DNA from: Candidatus Woesearchaeota archaeon
GTDB taxonomy: Archaea; Nanobdellota; Nanobdellia; Pacearchaeales; GW2011-AR1
Length of the DNA: 36,432 bases
NCBI GenBank assembly: GCA_964466575.1
Contig: CAYXNP010000008.1
Coordinates: 9,060 to 45,491 of the forward strand
Direction of reading: 5' to 3'
Below, one piece after another: positions 1-9,153 of the stretch (its first letter is position 1; each line of letters begins with the position of its first letter). Below the pieces are notes generated by a model that did not search any database, was not told the DNA's origin, and saw only the letters and a list, made by a program, of their open reading frames with translations. Both the position numbers and the translations under genes were made by a program.

Positions 1-2061
1 GAGCCAATCCGGTCCCGGTTTATCACATCGCCTCCGCAAACACCACCGGCATCGTCGCCGAGTAGTGGTTTCGTCAGGCAACCACCTGAACGGGCGTATA
101 ACCCGGAGCGAGGATAGTAATGAAACCATAAATACTGCCTCCTTATGGAAATAGTTATTGTCCTCGCTCAATTTTTTGTTTTGAAAATAATGCTCGCTCG
201 TAAACTCGCGAGATTTAATCTGGCTCAACATCCTGTTTCACTCGGATGTTTCGCTTAGAAAATATTTAACACATTAACTTATTCTCAGCGAGGAGATTCA
301 AATGAAATGGAATCTTCGAGCTATTAAGGATACGAGCGACTTTGGAGTGAGCCAAATTGAAACGAAGTCGAGCATGAAATTGAAACTAACTTCTCCGTCG
401 ATGAAAACAGAGACGTTGAGAGTTTTAAATAAATAAGAAATGAGGAGAGGCGAGTTAATCTTCTGACTAACTCTAAGAAAGGAGAAGTGTACAGCCATGC
501 ACTTACTTGTCTCTCCTCTTCAGTTTTTCCCCGTCGACGCTGTCACTTGCTTATCTTCCTGCTATTCAGCGTCGGCAGTTTTTCTAAAGCCACTTGCGGG
601 AACCCACGCCATTTCAATATGGCATCGCCCGCACTTTTTCAAACAAACACGTCGAGGAATCGATGTGATTAGAATAGATTGGAGGGGAGTTCGCACTCAC
701 CCAAAGCCCCACTTTCTCTGAGTGTAGTTAAGCGAGCCCATCGTCTTGACAGAACTCCTCTCCTTCACTTCGAGAAAAGGAAAGGAAGGAGGTGATGCCG
801 ATTAAGCATCTTCAGAACAAAGCAGTATAATTCATGTCGACGGAGCTTTCATCAATACGCGCTTCGTAAAAGGTGGAAGCTCCGCCCTTTTTAAAAACAC
901 CCGCTTCGCTCGTGTTATCATTGGTTCGAAGATTCTGTTTCATTTGAATCTTCTCACTGACGACGGAAAGGATAACACAAAAACTCTTTGAAGTCTTTGT
1001 GCTTCAAAAAAAGAGTTATCTAAATAAATAATCTCACGAACTTGTGAGTGAGAAATTCTAACAAGAAGGAGGTTTTCATGAAGGAGAAAGTGAATTGTGA
1101 AGCGAGTTTTGGTACTATACACGTCGCATCGTCGACGCCGACTAGAGAAATCTGGCCGAATTTAATAAAAAGAAAGGAGAAGAAGAAAGAAGAACAGCCC
1201 GGCTGGAAGAAAAAACTTTCTGCCGTCGGGAAGTAGGCTCGCATCAGCGAGGTCCAGTTTTGATCAAGGAGCTGTTATGAAAAGGGGAACAAGTTTCACA
1301 TTCTTCGGTTTAAAATGCAAGTCATATGATTACACCCGGAAGTTGATGCAGAAAGGAGGAAAGAAAACAAAGAACAAGAAGTAATAATAAGTAAACTCGC
1401 AATGCGAGGCTCAACTTTGAAAAGAGGTTGTCATGATGGAAAAAAAGAGTGGTAAAGAAGTATTTCGGGGAAGGAGAGGAGAAGAACTTCCTAAACCAAA
1501 GAAACAAAATGTCGGCACGAAACCGATACTTCTGGCTTCATATAAAGAACCAGAAGCTGTCGGTTTTCAAGATTGTGATCCGGTCTATTCTCCAATGAGT
1601 ATAAGTCACGGAGATACCGGACGGGGGCCACTTGAAACTCAGCGTCGTTAAAACTTCGCGAAGAACGACGAGAGTTTTGAGAAAGGAAGGAGGTGATTGT
1701 TTTCATCAAAAGAAGAAGGGCCACCTTAAGGAAGGGGTTCAAAAGCCCAGAAATCGCAATGGTCTGAATTAGACCCTGAGGAAGTAAGAAGGAGTACAGA
1801 TCATGAAGAAAATCGAAAGTCGCATTCGCGGAAGCACTGGTTTTGTTTTCGGACAAGGCCACGCCGTCAAACAGTCCATCTGCACCGACGTGATTTCCTC
1901 CAAAGCGTAACGAAGAAACGCCAGGAAAGAAACGTCGTAGGTAAGTGACGTATGGGAGGGGGCTCGGCCGCAATAAAGACTAAATGTCCTAAGCACGAAA
2001 AGCCGAGCTCCTCCTCGCAATCATACAATTCATATTAGATTCACACCCACCACCTCGCTTT

Positions 2062-2110
2062 GGAGACCAGCCTGTAGATAACAAATTATGGGCTGGTCTC
2101 CCCTTTTTTT
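2062..2110 (+). terminator. Perfect 11-bp inverted repeat (GGAGACCAGCC...GGCTGGTCTCC) followed by a T7 run; terminator-like hairpin
   Basis: Seen directly in the sequence; the orientation (T-run 3-prime of the hairpin) fits a + strand transcript ending here. Confidence 0.5.
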
Positions 2111-2288
2111 GAAACTAAGAAACAGGCTGTCTAAAGTCCCAGCCACAGACAGTCCTGGGGCGTCCTTCATCCCGGTTTTCCCTCGTGGAGATGCCCCATT
2201 TTGAAATTAGCAGAGAGAGTTGTATGATTATAATTCTCTCTTTCAATATATTTTTTTATTCAAGATAGAATTACTTTTTTAAAGTAGT

Positions 2289-2346
2289 AACGTAATATTC
2301 CGCGATAGCTTAATGTAGAGCAGGTAGATGGAGTTCAAATCCTTCT
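2289..2346 (+). other. tRNA-like minihelix: 7-bp acceptor-like stem (TCCGCGA/TCGCGGA), D-arm-like hairpin, T-arm-like GTTCAAATCC, no anticodon arm; possible tRNA pseudogene or att remnant
   Basis: Manual folding; the GTTCAAATCC T-loop motif and complementary ends are visible; not a complete tRNA. Confidence 0.3.
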
Positions 2347-2420
2347 CGCGGAATCAACTTGAAAACAAACACGCTTTGTGTGTGAAGTAATAAGTAGACT
2401 TGATAGGAAAGGAGACAATC

Positions 2421-2579
2421 ATGAAGATTGTTCTTTGGGCGTTTTTTGTAGTAGTATCAATCATAGGGGCAATCGGATTATTAATTAGCTGGTTGTCTCG
2501 ATTAGTAAGATCTCAAGAGCCGATAACTCGAAAGAATTCAGTTCCGGTTCTGAAACACGACGATGAAGAAGGAGATTAA
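2421..2579 (+). CDS. Small membrane protein (52 aa) with strong SD (GGAAAGGAGA) upstream; first of a run of SD-led small ORFs (2421-3114)
   Basis: ATG 9 nt after a GGAGA SD; hydrophobic helix MKIVLWAFFVVVSIIGAIGLLISWL; below the 60-aa cutoff of the ORF track. Confidence 0.35.
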   Translation: MKIVLWAFFVVVSIIGAIGLLISWLSRLVRSQEPITRKNSVPVLKHDDEEGD

Positions 2580-2580
2580 A

Positions 2581-2697
2581 ATGAAAAACCAAAATAAAGG
2601 TGAGTTAGGAGAAGGACGTTTCGAGAAAGTTGTGATAGGTGTTATTGTAACTATCGCAGCGATTTATTTCTTAGGTAAATTGTTTGGATTGTTTTAA
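2581..2697 (+). CDS. Small membrane peptide (38 aa), SD GAAGGAGA upstream
   Basis: The ATG directly follows the previous stop; hydrophobic C-terminal half VVIGVIVTIAAIYFLGKLFGLF. Confidence 0.3.
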   Translation: MKNQNKGELGEGRFEKVVIGVIVTIAAIYFLGKLFGLF

Positions 2698-2883
2698 AAC
2701 GCGCTTGTCGCGTTCGAAGAAATTTAGATAGGGGAATAACCATGCAGACCAATAGCCACATTAAGAAAATCGCTAGCAAGAGAAAACGACCAAGAAGGGG
2801 GAAGCTAAAACGCCAACAGAAGAACCAAAGAAAAGAAGCTGAAAAAGAGCATCAAGATTGAATCTTGAAGAAAGGAGTCTGAG

Positions 2884-3114
2884 ATGACTATTCTAGGTGC
2901 TTCAAAAAAGAAAATGTCTTTCGAGGAGTTTAAGTTTATTTCTCCTGGAGACATCGTCGTCTTTGTTAATTTAGATTCGTCCCTGGATTTTTTTACCCTC
3001 GGACAAAGATACGAAGTCCTTTGCACTAGTGGCAATATGATTATAGTCAAAGACGACAGGGGTATGGAAAGGAGATCCCACTTCAATAACTTTACGATTC
3101 ACTGCGGGAGATAG
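2884..3114 (+). CDS. Hypothetical small protein (76 aa), SD GAAAGGAG upstream
   Basis: ORF track plus a strong SD at -10. Confidence 0.35.
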   Translation: MTILGASKKKMSFEEFKFISPGDIVVFVNLDSSLDFFTLGQRYEVLCTSGNMIIVKDDRGMERRSHFNNFTIHCGR

Positions 3115-3256
3115 GGAGAAGCGGAAGTTTTAGTTAAGGGGAGTGTGGGAAAAAGTTTAAGAAAAAATATTGGAGGTGACTTCGGAAAATACCAGAATAA
3201 GTAAAACTTAGTGTGTTGTTGCATGGCGACGATATACTATGTGCAGGTAAGTAGAA

Positions 3257-3805
3257 TTGATGGAGGAAAGTGAGATGTTTATCACGTTTACGGTGATCGC
3301 TTTCTCCGGGTTCGGCATTTTATGCTTCTCTCTTGTTTTCGGAGGGGATCATGAATTCGATACCAGTGCGGATATTCATGTCGATGGAGATATCGATGGA
3401 CACGGATTTGGCCGTTTTATGAGCATAAAACTCATTGCATCGTTTGCGACAGCTTTCGGTGCCGGCGGTGCAACGGCCAGTGGTTATGGTCTTCCGGGTT
3501 GGGTTTGTGTTCTGACAGGATTGGTTTGTGGTATTTTGCTGGTGATGGTTTCTGGCTATATCATAAACCTTTTCAAGAAGAACCAGTCCAACTCAGCGTA
3601 TACGATTTCGAGTTTAAAGAATTCATTTGGAATCGTTACGCTTAGAATACCCGAAGATGGAACAGGAGAAATCCAGGTTTCATGCGGTGGGTTTTATCGT
3701 TCTTTGTCTGCACGAAGTGAGAACCGAACTGCGATAAAACAAGGGACTCATGTAGTTATCGTGGAGACAACCGACCCTGTTCTCGTTCGAGTGAAAGGTT
3801 CCTGA
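3257..3805 (+). CDS. NfeD-like membrane protein (N-terminal TM helices plus C-terminal OB/beta-barrel); likely true start is ATG 3275 (SD GGAGGAAAG)
   Basis: TM-rich N-terminus and a C-terminal segment typical of short NfeD; it sits immediately upstream of an SPFH/flotillin gene, the canonical NfeD-SPFH operon arrangement. Confidence 0.6.
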   Translation: MMEESEMFITFTVIAFSGFGILCFSLVFGGDHEFDTSADIHVDGDIDGHGFGRFMSIKLIASFATAFGAGGATASGYGLPGWVCVLTGLVCGILLVMVSGYIINLFKKNQSNSAYTISSLKNSFGIVTLRIPEDGTGEIQVSCGGFYRSLSARSENRTAIKQGTHVVIVETTDPVLVRVKGS

Positions 3806-3834
3806 GTGTTCAGGGGCTAAGCTAGAAAGAATAA

Positions 3835-5724
3835 TTGGAGATTGAAATGTTTAATACAATCCTCGGGAATCTGGTACTACCAGGAAGCATTTTGATGGTG
3901 ATTGTTACCTTGGTGATCATCGTCAAAATCATGTCGCGGTATTACATCAAGGTGCCACCCAACAGAGTGTTGGTCATCTACGGTCGCCAGTACAGCATCA
4001 AGGTTGGCGCCGGGGGAAAGGAAGATGTTGTCAAGAGGGGTTTCAAAACAGTGACAGGTGGTGCGTCGCTCGTTATTCCCTTTTTGGAAGAGAAGATGGC
4101 GCTTTCCCTCGAGGCCTTTCAGGTGAAGGTCGGTGTAATCAATGTTCCGAACGAAGATGGTGTTCCTGTAACCGTGAATTCGGTTGCCACCCTCAAGGTT
4201 GGAACAGATCAAGAAATGTTGTCTGCCGCCGCCAACCGGTTTCTTGATGGTGGAATCGAGGCAGTGAAGAGATTCGTCCAAGAGGTTTTGGAGGGCGGGC
4301 TCCGCAACATCGTCGCTACGATGTCAATCGAATCCTTGATTAAGAATCGGGAAGATTTTGGTAACAAAGTTCAAGAGCAGGTTACTATCGACCTGAAAAA
4401 GCTTGGACTCGTTGTTGACAACTTTCTGATTCAGGACATCAGCGATCCGAATGGTTACATCGAGGCATTGGGTTGGGCAAAGACGGCACAGGTTAAGCGC
4501 GACGCCGAAATTGCCCGGGCTGATGCTCAACGCGATCAGACCATTAAGGTGGCAGAAGCTCAACGCGAGGCGGACGAGAAATCCAGTGTGGCTTTGCGAA
4601 TCGGTGAAACTGCCAAGGCCAAGGCTCAAGAGGAAATCTCGACGGCAGAGATGAATCGAGATACTGTCAAGGCCCAGAACCAAGCGAAGGTTGAAGCGGA
4701 AACGGCCAAGATTGCAATCGCGGCTAAAATCGCAGAGGCCGAGAAGGATAAGGAGCTGCGTGTTGCCAAGATTGCTGCTCAAGAAGCAGAGACGATTTCG
4801 CTAACTAAACTTCAGGCCGAAGAGAAGAAGCGTAACGATGCTGAACTCGAGGCCACCATCATCGTGAAGGCTCAACGCGAAAAAGAAGCGGCAATTACCA
4901 ATGCCGAGGCTGTAAGAGAGTCAGCTATCATCACCGCAGAAGGTGTGAAGCAGGCCGAGATTCTCAAGGCAGAAGGTGATCGCCAAAGCGCAATCGAGAA
5001 GGCTGGGGGTGATCTTGTCAAAGCCCAGAAGGAAGCCGAAGGACGCAAGGCCGAAGCTGCAGCTGAACAGGCCGAGTTGGAAGCCAAGGCTGTTGGTAAT
5101 CAGGCGACACTGGAAGCCGCAGCTGCTGGTGACAAAGCCAAACGTTTGGCCGAAGCAGATGGTACCAAAGCTCTGCTTAACGCGGAGGCAGAAGGCACCA
5201 AGAACAAGCTTCTCGCTGAGGCAGAAGGCGTCGAGAAGAAGGCCATTGCCTATCAGAAACTCGACGCTGCCGGTAAACTTCTCCTTATCTTGGATGCGAC
5301 TCCAGGTATCGTGGATGAACTTGGCAAGGCTATCAAAAACGCCGGCGAAGGAACATTCACACCGATGGCAGCCGCAATCGGACAAGGCCTTGGTAATGTC
5401 GGAGAAATTCGCATTATCGACTTTGGTTCGAATGGATCCGACGGCCACTCATCACTCAGCCGTTTCACAGAAGTTGTTCCTCGTTCGATTTTCGAAATCA
5501 TCGAGAAGACAACTGGACTGGGTTTTGACGCTGCCATCTCCAAGCTGTCTCAGTTGATTGGAGTGGATGTTCCGACCATGTCCAAGGGTATCGGCGATCT
5601 TTTCGCGGATTCCGGCGCTCCATCAGATCGCGGTGAACCTGTGCTGACTCCGGTTGGTGGGGTAGAGGAAGGAGGAAAAAGTGATGTCGCAGAAGGCCGA
5701 GGTTCCCGTCGACACAATTCATAA
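3835..5724 (+). CDS. Flotillin-like SPFH/band-7 domain protein (629 aa) with N-terminal TM, SPFH domain, long Ala/Glu/Lys-rich coiled-coil and extended C-terminal tail
   Basis: N-terminal hydrophobic helix, SPFH-like region, and AEAQREAD/KAEAE heptad-like repeats typical of flotillins; GC-rich codon usage. Confidence 0.75.
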   Translation: MEIEMFNTILGNLVLPGSILMVIVTLVIIVKIMSRYYIKVPPNRVLVIYGRQYSIKVGAGGKEDVVKRGFKTVTGGASLVIPFLEEKMALSLEAFQVKVGVINVPNEDGVPVTVNSVATLKVGTDQEMLSAAANRFLDGGIEAVKRFVQEVLEGGLRNIVATMSIESLIKNREDFGNKVQEQVTIDLKKLGLVVDNFLIQDISDPNGYIEALGWAKTAQVKRDAEIARADAQRDQTIKVAEAQREADEKSSVALRIGETAKAKAQEEISTAEMNRDTVKAQNQAKVEAETAKIAIAAKIAEAEKDKELRVAKIAAQEAETISLTKLQAEEKKRNDAELEATIIVKAQREKEAAITNAEAVRESAIITAEGVKQAEILKAEGDRQSAIEKAGGDLVKAQKEAEGRKAEAAAEQAELEAKAVGNQATLEAAAAGDKAKRLAEADGTKALLNAEAEGTKNKLLAEAEGVEKKAIAYQKLDAAGKLLLILDATPGIVDELGKAIKNAGEGTFTPMAAAIGQGLGNVGEIRIIDFGSNGSDGHSSLSRFTEVVPRSIFEIIEKTTGLGFDAAISKLSQLIGVDVPTMSKGIGDLFADSGAPSDRGEPVLTPVGGVEEGGKSDVAEGRGSRRHNS

Positions 5725-6184
5725 ACGGATACCGTACAGACTCTTGAGTCCAAACGATATCGACGGGCTTGTTGTCTGTGCGGCAGATCCGCGGTATCAA
5801 AAGGCGTTTCGTAATTTTATCGAGCAGGATCTCGGAATGCAGAATCCAGTTGTGCTCGCTATACCTGGAGGGATTGGAGAGTTGGTTTCTCCAGGAGCTG
5901 TTAAAAACGCGAGGCGCCTTGCTGATCAACTCAAGTTATTGGTGAAAGACGCGAGAGTGAATCGAATCATTCTTATCAACCACGCTGACAATCAGGCTTT
6001 GCATAAGCTTTTGGGAATGTGGACATCTGTGCTTCGGATTCCTGTTGATAAGGACCTGAGCATCCATGTTCTCGAGCTCGCAGAGAAACTGGTTGAGAAG
6101 TATCTTGGCGTGAGTGTCGAGTGTTATCTCGCGAAAGCTGAGGAAGATGGAACAATTCAATTCTTCCGACTGGATCACCAATAG
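5681..6184 (+). CDS. Hypothetical protein (166 aa), overlaps the flotillin 3-prime end and shares the operon; SD GGAGG before ATG 5684
   Basis: ORF track; GGAGG is 8 nt upstream of the second ATG; no family recognised. Confidence 0.45.
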   Translation: MMSQKAEVPVDTIHKRIPYRLLSPNDIDGLVVCAADPRYQKAFRNFIEQDLGMQNPVVLAIPGGIGELVSPGAVKNARRLADQLKLLVKDARVNRIILINHADNQALHKLLGMWTSVLRIPVDKDLSIHVLELAEKLVEKYLGVSVECYLAKAEEDGTIQFFRLDHQ

Positions 6185-6538
6185 CAAGAATGAATGGAGA
6201 AGCGTCGCTTTCACAGCCAGTGCGAGTTGGCGCTTCTCCTTTTTAGGGGAAGTGGGAAAGAGTTTGAAAAACAAAACGAAAGGAGTCTCCGACTAAATCG
6301 GATTAGTCATCCAAGGTGAGGGGAGAAAAGTTTTTAGTAAATGAAATCGCTTTGCGATTTCGAAGAATTACCACTCACTTCGTTCGTGTTATAACGTAGC
6401 TCGAAGTCTGTTTTACAGGACTTCTCGCTGAAAAGGGTTAATCCAAAAGTTTCTGATACATCATTGTGTCTGGAAAAAAGGTTATATCCTAATGAAATGC
6501 GAACAGAGCGAGTTAATCTCAGGTTGAAAGGATGTATC

Positions 6539-6910
6539 ATGAAACACAAAAGCTTCATCTTCGTTGTTACGATGTTTTTCGTTACGCTGTTCTCGACGTC
6601 GTCGCCGGCAGTCGCGGGTTGTTTCGATTTCGATATCTGCTTGCCGAACCTGTGCAACATTTGCGCGCCGTGTTTCGATCCGTGCGAATCGGTCGCCTGT
6701 GCCGGCGAGGGACTCTGCGACATTCTCGGCGGAGGAGTCAAGGTCGTCGGTGGAATCGGTTCCGGAGTGGCCGGTAGCGTGGGATGTTTGCTCGGAGCCG
6801 GTTCGGAATTATTTTGCGGAGTGTCTCAAGGCATTTCCGAAATCGCTTGCGAACCGTGTTACGTCCCTCGCCTGTCGTGTTGTCGTCAAGACGATAGTTA
6901 CTTGCGATAA
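6539..6910 (+). CDS. Secreted cysteine-rich, glycine-rich small protein (about 123 aa; 16 Cys) with N-terminal signal peptide
   Basis: Signal-like MKHKSFIFVVTMFFVTLFSTSSPAVAG, then CxxC, CxxxC, CC-rich and GGG-rich segments; the ORF-track start at 6464 is probably too early. Confidence 0.5.
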   Translation: MKHKSFIFVVTMFFVTLFSTSSPAVAGCFDFDICLPNLCNICAPCFDPCESVACAGEGLCDILGGGVKVVGGIGSGVAGSVGCLLGAGSELFCGVSQGISEIACEPCYVPRLSCCRQDDSYLR

Positions 6911-6953
6911 CGAACAACTTCCACCATGGTCATCGAAGTTTAAGCAAGTTCAA

Positions 6954-7026
6954 CGCGAGTTCATAAGTCCCAACCTCCGTCCCCCGACCACCCACCCGGA
7001 CGAAGTGCGGAATAAATGAACTCGCG
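6954..7026. repeat. Stem-loop repeat family copy A: 11-bp perfect stem CGCGAGTTCAT/ATGAACTCGCG enclosing the pyrimidine-rich core CCCAACCTCCGTCCCCCGACCACCCACCCGGA
   Basis: Direct reading; the same architecture with co-varying stems occurs at 7852, 16353 and 34141. Confidence 0.6.
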
Positions 7027-7192
7027 ATTATTTGAATTTGCTAGAATCAAATTGAATTGAGGGAGCGCGGATTCTTCAAAAGAGATGAAGCGCTCCCTTC
7101 GCTGTTTTTGTGGGAAGTGGGGAAAGAATTTAGTTGTAGAAAAAGTTGCTGTGTGCAGCGACGGAAGAAGCTGTTTTGGAAAAGAGGAAGAA

Positions 7193-7525
7193 ATGAAAAA
7201 AAACACTGCTTTAGGTTTTGTTCTTGGCGTAATTGTGGGTATTTTAGTAGATTGTTTTATTACAATGGTGGTTAGTAATGTGAGAGAAGTTGTTTTGTAT
7301 GAAAAAGAGGATTTACCGAATGTGATAAGAGTTCAGGAGTTCGGAGTAGATTCAATCTTTGTTTATGATTTTGGCGAAGTTTCCGTGCCAGACATAGACG
7401 GAGTGACGATGACAAAAACTCTTTTCATTTCACTTTCGGATTGGATGGACAAAATAGAGTCCGAATCTTTACGGGCTCTTAGGACGGTCGAGATAAACAC
7501 ACTCGTTGAGATATACGATAATTAA
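7193..7525 (+). CDS. Membrane-anchored hypothetical protein (110 aa); the ORF-track 5-prime extension (7085) is unlikely
   Basis: ATG 7193 is preceded by an AGAGGAAGAA SD-like stretch; N-terminal TM helix. Confidence 0.4.
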   Translation: MKKNTALGFVLGVIVGILVDCFITMVVSNVREVVLYEKEDLPNVIRVQEFGVDSIFVYDFGEVSVPDIDGVTMTKTLFISLSDWMDKIESESLRALRTVEINTLVEIYDN

Positions 7526-7563
7526 CGTCGAACTATGAGAGCGACGGAAAGGAAGTAAGAGAA

Positions 7564-7743
7564 ATGGAATTAGAGAAAAAAAGAACAGAACTCGAAATGA
7601 GGTTAGCAAAAGATCAAGAGCCCGCCTTGTACTCTCTCGGAAGCTGTCTTGTCATAGTTCTTGGATTGCCAATTTTGTGTTTTCTTGTGAAGGCTTTTGA
7701 GAGGATGTATTATGGGTATGGTTTTTGGCCGTGGAATTGGTAA
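7564..7743 (+). CDS. Small TM protein (59 aa), SD GGAAGGAAG upstream
   Basis: Manual ORF; one hydrophobic helix; below the ORF-track cutoff. Confidence 0.3.
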   Translation: MELEKKRTELEMRLAKDQEPALYSLGSCLVIVLGLPILCFLVKAFERMYYGYGFWPWNW

Positions 7744-7805
7744 TTAAAAATAGCAAGGCTGAATTAATCATCCTTAACAAATCATATTCCGATTTGGCAT
7801 TGCTA

Positions 7806-8104
7806 TTTTTTTTGCAAAATTTCTGAAATGAAAATTTTGTTTATTTCACTCACGATTTCATAATCCCACCACCGTCTCCCCTACCACCCACCCGAGGCGA
7901 TACTGCGTTAATGAAATCGTTCGTTATCTTCTTTCAAACTTATTTTTTTTGCAAAATTTCCGAGATATTGCGCTCACTCTGTTCGCGTTAGTGTTTGTTT
8001 TTAACTAGATTCAAAATTGTTAATGTGATAAAGATAAATCTTAGTTAACATAATTCATCGAGCGAGTGGAACGCTTCAAAATTATATCTTTTTTGCAAAA
8101 TTTC
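7806..8104. promoter_or_regulatory. Three copies of the palindromic motif TTTTTTGCAAAATTTC (about 7806-7823, 7944-7960, 8089-8104) in the intergenic region upstream of the DsbA-like gene; candidate operator or promoter array
   Basis: Exact repeated palindrome TTTTGCAAAA seen three times within 300 bp. Confidence 0.4.
7852..7920. repeat. Stem-loop repeat family copy B: stem ACGATTTCAT/ATGAAATCGT around the core CCCACCACCGTCTCCCCTACCACCCACCCGAG
   Basis: Same architecture as copies A, C and D, with compensatory stem changes. Confidence 0.6.
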
Positions 8105-8178
8105 TTCTAAAACATCTTCATTTCAATCGTATTTGAATTCACCAAAATGTTTTTAAACGACTTTTTCATGGAAATAAA

Positions 8179-9153
8179 ATGGAAGAAGAAAAATATGATT
8201 CTGAAAATACTGGACTAAAACCAGTTCATTCTACTCATGAGAAGTCTGATACTATTTCAATTAAGGTGCCGCCGATTACTAAAAAGATGCGGGAAAATCC
8301 CTGGATGGTTGCTACTATTGTTTTAGCAATTGTTATAATATTTATGGGATTTATGTTTTATAGAGGCGGTGGTTTGACTAGTGGTGTGATTACTGGGAAA
8401 ACAATTTCAGAAGATGATGCTTCAAAGAACCTTGTTGAATTCTTAAATCAAGATGCGCCTGGACAATTTACTGCTGGAGATGTAGAAACAGAATATGGTA
8501 TGTATAAAGTTAATATTAATTTTCAAGGAAGAGAAATTCCAATTTATGTTACTAAAGATGGAAAGCTTGCTGGTTCATTCCAGCCATTGGTTTTAGGTGA
8601 TGGAGCTGGTGGAACTGGAAGTAAAGTTGATGTTTCTGAAGATGATGATGCTGTTGAAGGTTCTCCAGACGCGCCAGTTACAATTATTGAATTTAGTGAT
8701 TACGAATGTCCTTTTTGCGGAAGATATTTTTCTGATACTTATCCCCAGATAAAAAAAGATTATATTGATACTGGAAAGGTCAGACTTGTTTTCAGAGACT
8801 TTCCTTTGAGTTTCCATCCAACTGCAATGCCGGCTGCTCAAGCTGCTGAATGTGTTAGAGAGGTTGCAGGAAAAGATGAAGCATATTTCAAATATCATGA
8901 TAAACTTTTTAGCAATCAAGAAAGTTTGACTAATGAGAATTTGAAGAAGTGGGCTAAGGAAATGGGATATGATATAGGTGCATGTTTTGATTCAGGAAAG
9001 TATGAAGACGAGATTAATGCTGACTTGGCTGATGGACAAGCTGCTGGAGTTTCTGGCACACCAGCGTTTTTTATTAACGGACAGTTAATTGAAGGCGCGC
9101 AGCCTTACACGAATTTCAAGAAAGTTATTGACGAAGAGTTGGCGAAGGCTTGA
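8179..9153 (+). CDS. DsbA-like thiol:disulfide oxidoreductase (thioredoxin fold, CPFC active site) with N-terminal membrane anchor
   Basis: Motif SDYECPFCGRYF; TM helix near the N-terminus; a DsbA-family-like C-terminal region. Confidence 0.7.
   Translation: MEEEKYDSENTGLKPVHSTHEKSDTISIKVPPITKKMRENPWMVATIVLAIVIIFMGFMFYRGGGLTSGVITGKTISEDDASKNLVEFLNQDAPGQFTAGDVETEYGMYKVNINFQGREIPIYVTKDGKLAGSFQPLVLGDGAGGTGSKVDVSEDDDAVEGSPDAPVTIIEFSDYECPFCGRYFSDTYPQIKKDYIDTGKVRLVFRDFPLSFHPTAMPAAQAAECVREVAGKDEAYFKYHDKLFSNQESLTNENLKKWAKEMGYDIGACFDSGKYEDEINADLADGQAAGVSGTPAFFINGQLIEGAQPYTNFKKVIDEELAKA

Noticed and set aside
1491-2020. 160-aa and 83-aa minus-strand ORFs in the first 3 kb
   Set aside because: They have no start context or SD, the composition looks like a random GC-rich frame, and they are overlapped by SD-led + strand mini-ORFs. 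They are not called as genes.
3877-5929. Multiple long antisense and alternative-frame ORFs inside the flotillin gene (3877-4281, 4324-4782, 4921-5448, 4976-5557, 5498-5929 and others)
   Set aside because: They are embedded in a GC-rich coding region whose sense frame has clear SPFH and coiled-coil features. Such shadow ORFs are expected from GC-rich codon bias and lack SDs or recognisable motifs.
6532-7019. Arg-rich ORFs (6532-6777, 6564-7019) overlapping the Cys-rich gene
   Set aside because: They are alternative frames of the same GC-rich stretch, with low-complexity Arg/Ser composition typical of out-of-frame GC-rich translation.
8593-8919. 108-aa minus-strand ORF inside the DsbA-like gene
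   Set aside because: It is antisense to a gene with a clear thioredoxin CPFC motif and has a low-complexity Ile/Phe/Ser-rich translation.
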